Shown here piece by piece: positions 62,600 through 64,000 of a stretch of 64,000 bases of DNA (positions are counted from its first letter, which is position 1; each line of letters starts with the position of its first letter). The stretch is from positions 168,642,001-168,706,000 of the forward strand of contig CM059425.1 of assembly GCA_030390025.1 (NCBI GenBank). Reading direction: 5' to 3'. The stretch is from Squalus acanthias (Eukaryota). A program made the translations under genes and the position numbers. Below the pieces are notes generated by a model that was not told where the DNA came from, did not search any database, and saw nothing but the letters and a program-made list of their open reading frames with translations.

Positions 62600-64000
62600 A
62601 CACATAGAATCATAGAAATTTTCAGCACAGAAGGAGGCCATGCGGCCAATTGTGTCTGCGCCAGCCAAAAAAGAGCTATCCAGCCTAATCCCGCTTTCCA
62701 GCTCTTGGTCCGTAGCCCTGTACGTTACGGCACTTCAAGTGCATATCCAAGTACTTTTTAAATGCAGTGAGGGTTTCTGCCTCTACCACCCTATCAGGCA
62801 GTGAGTTCCAGACCCCCACCACCCTCTGGGTGAAAAAAATTCTCCTCAAATTCCCTCTAATCCTTCTACCAATTACTTTAAATCTATGCCCCCCTGGTTA
62901 TTGACCTCTCTGCTAAGGGAAATAGGTCCTTCCTATCCACTCTATCTAGACCCCTCATAATTTTATACACCTCAATCAAGTCTCCCCTCAGCCTTCTCTG
63001 TTCCAAAGAAAACAACCCCAGCTTTTCTAATCTTTCTTCATAGCTAAAATTCTCCAGTCCTGGCAACATCCTCGTAAATCTCCTCTGTACCCTCTAGTGC
63101 GATCACATTCTTCCTGTAATATGGTGACCAGAACTGTACGCAGTATTCTAGCTGTGGCCTAACTAGTGTTTTATACAGTTCAAGCATAACCTCCCTGCTC
63201 TTCTATTCTATGCCTTGGCTAATAAAGGAAAGTATCCCGTATGCCTTCTTAACCTCCTTATCTACCTGTCCTGCTACCTTCAGGGATCTGTGGACATGTA
63301 CTCCAAGGTCCCTCTGTTCCTCTACGCTTCTCAGTATCCTACCATTTATTGTGTATTCCCTTGGCTTGTTTGCCCTCCCCAAATGCATTACCTCACACTT
63401 CCCTGGATTGAATATCATAGAATGGTTACAGCACAGAAGGAAGCTATTCGGCATGTCGAGCCCGTGCCAGCTCTCTGCAAGAGCACTTAAGCTAGTCCCA
63501 CTCCCCCGCCCTTTCCCCGTAGCCCTGCAAATTCTTTTCCTTCAGGTACTTATCCAATTCCAAATGCATTACCTCGCACTTCTCCGGATTGAATTCCATT
63601 TGCCACTTTTCTGCCCACCTGACCAGTCCATTGAGATCTTCCTGCAGTCTACAGCTTTCTTCCTCACTATCAACCACAAGGCCAATTTTTGTATCATCAG
63701 CAAACTTCTTAATCATGTTCCCTACATTGAAGTCTAAATCATTGATGTATACCACATAAAGCAAGGGACCTAGTACTGAACCCTGCAGAACCCCCCCACC
63801 CCTCACTGGAAACAGCCTTCCAGTTACAAAAACACCCGTCGACCATTATTCTTTGTTTCCTGCCACTGAACCAATTTTGGATCTAACTTGTCACTTTCCC
63901 TTGGATCCCATGGGCTTTTACTTTTCCGACCAGTCTGTCATGTGGGATCTTGTCGAAAGCCTTGCTAAAATCCATGTAGACTACATCAATCTCACTACCT
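62600..64000 (-). mobile_element. CR1 LINE running off the window end, with a nested CR1 tail at 63414-63559
   Basis: ORFs 62884-63069, 63203-63454, 63492-63806 (QGSVLGP, FADD); catag-type tail at ~62600. Confidence 0.9.

Noticed and set aside
1..64000. Prokaryotic systems (operons, CRISPR, defence islands, retrons)
   Set aside because: Spliceosomal exon-intron structure and vertebrate repeats; every RT seen belongs to a LINE or the provirus

Overview
Eukaryotic genomic DNA, inferred from its repeat content (HER1-type CR1 LINEs, SacSINE1-like Deu-SINEs) to be from a cartilaginous fish. The window lies inside the PAM gene (peptidylglycine alpha-amidating monooxygenase, + strand). Six short GT-AG exons (4662-4719, 18410-18497, 38807-38898, 56074-56157, 58580-58628, 62133-62200; 439 nt in total) splice in frame into the N-terminal part of the PHM copper domain, including all three CuH histidines. 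The introns are full of decayed transposons: two CR1-group LINE families, L2 fragments, Deu-domain SINEs, Penelope-like fragments carrying minimal hammerhead motifs, a near-complete PIF/Harbinger element and several MITEs. The most notable feature is a 6.86-kb antisense provirus (47388-54244) with a TCAC target-site duplication, a tRNA-Arg primer-binding site, a coiled-coil Gag, a retrovirus-type tether plus RNase H Pol, and asymmetric LTRs; it looks lokiretrovirus-like. Other candidates are a tRNA SINE that shares both its body and its tail with an apparently ORF1-less LINE, a 9-bp-TSD DNA element, and a possible 9-nt PAM microexon. All family assignments come from motifs read by eye, without database searches. 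Repeat boundaries are approximate unless a TSD is given.
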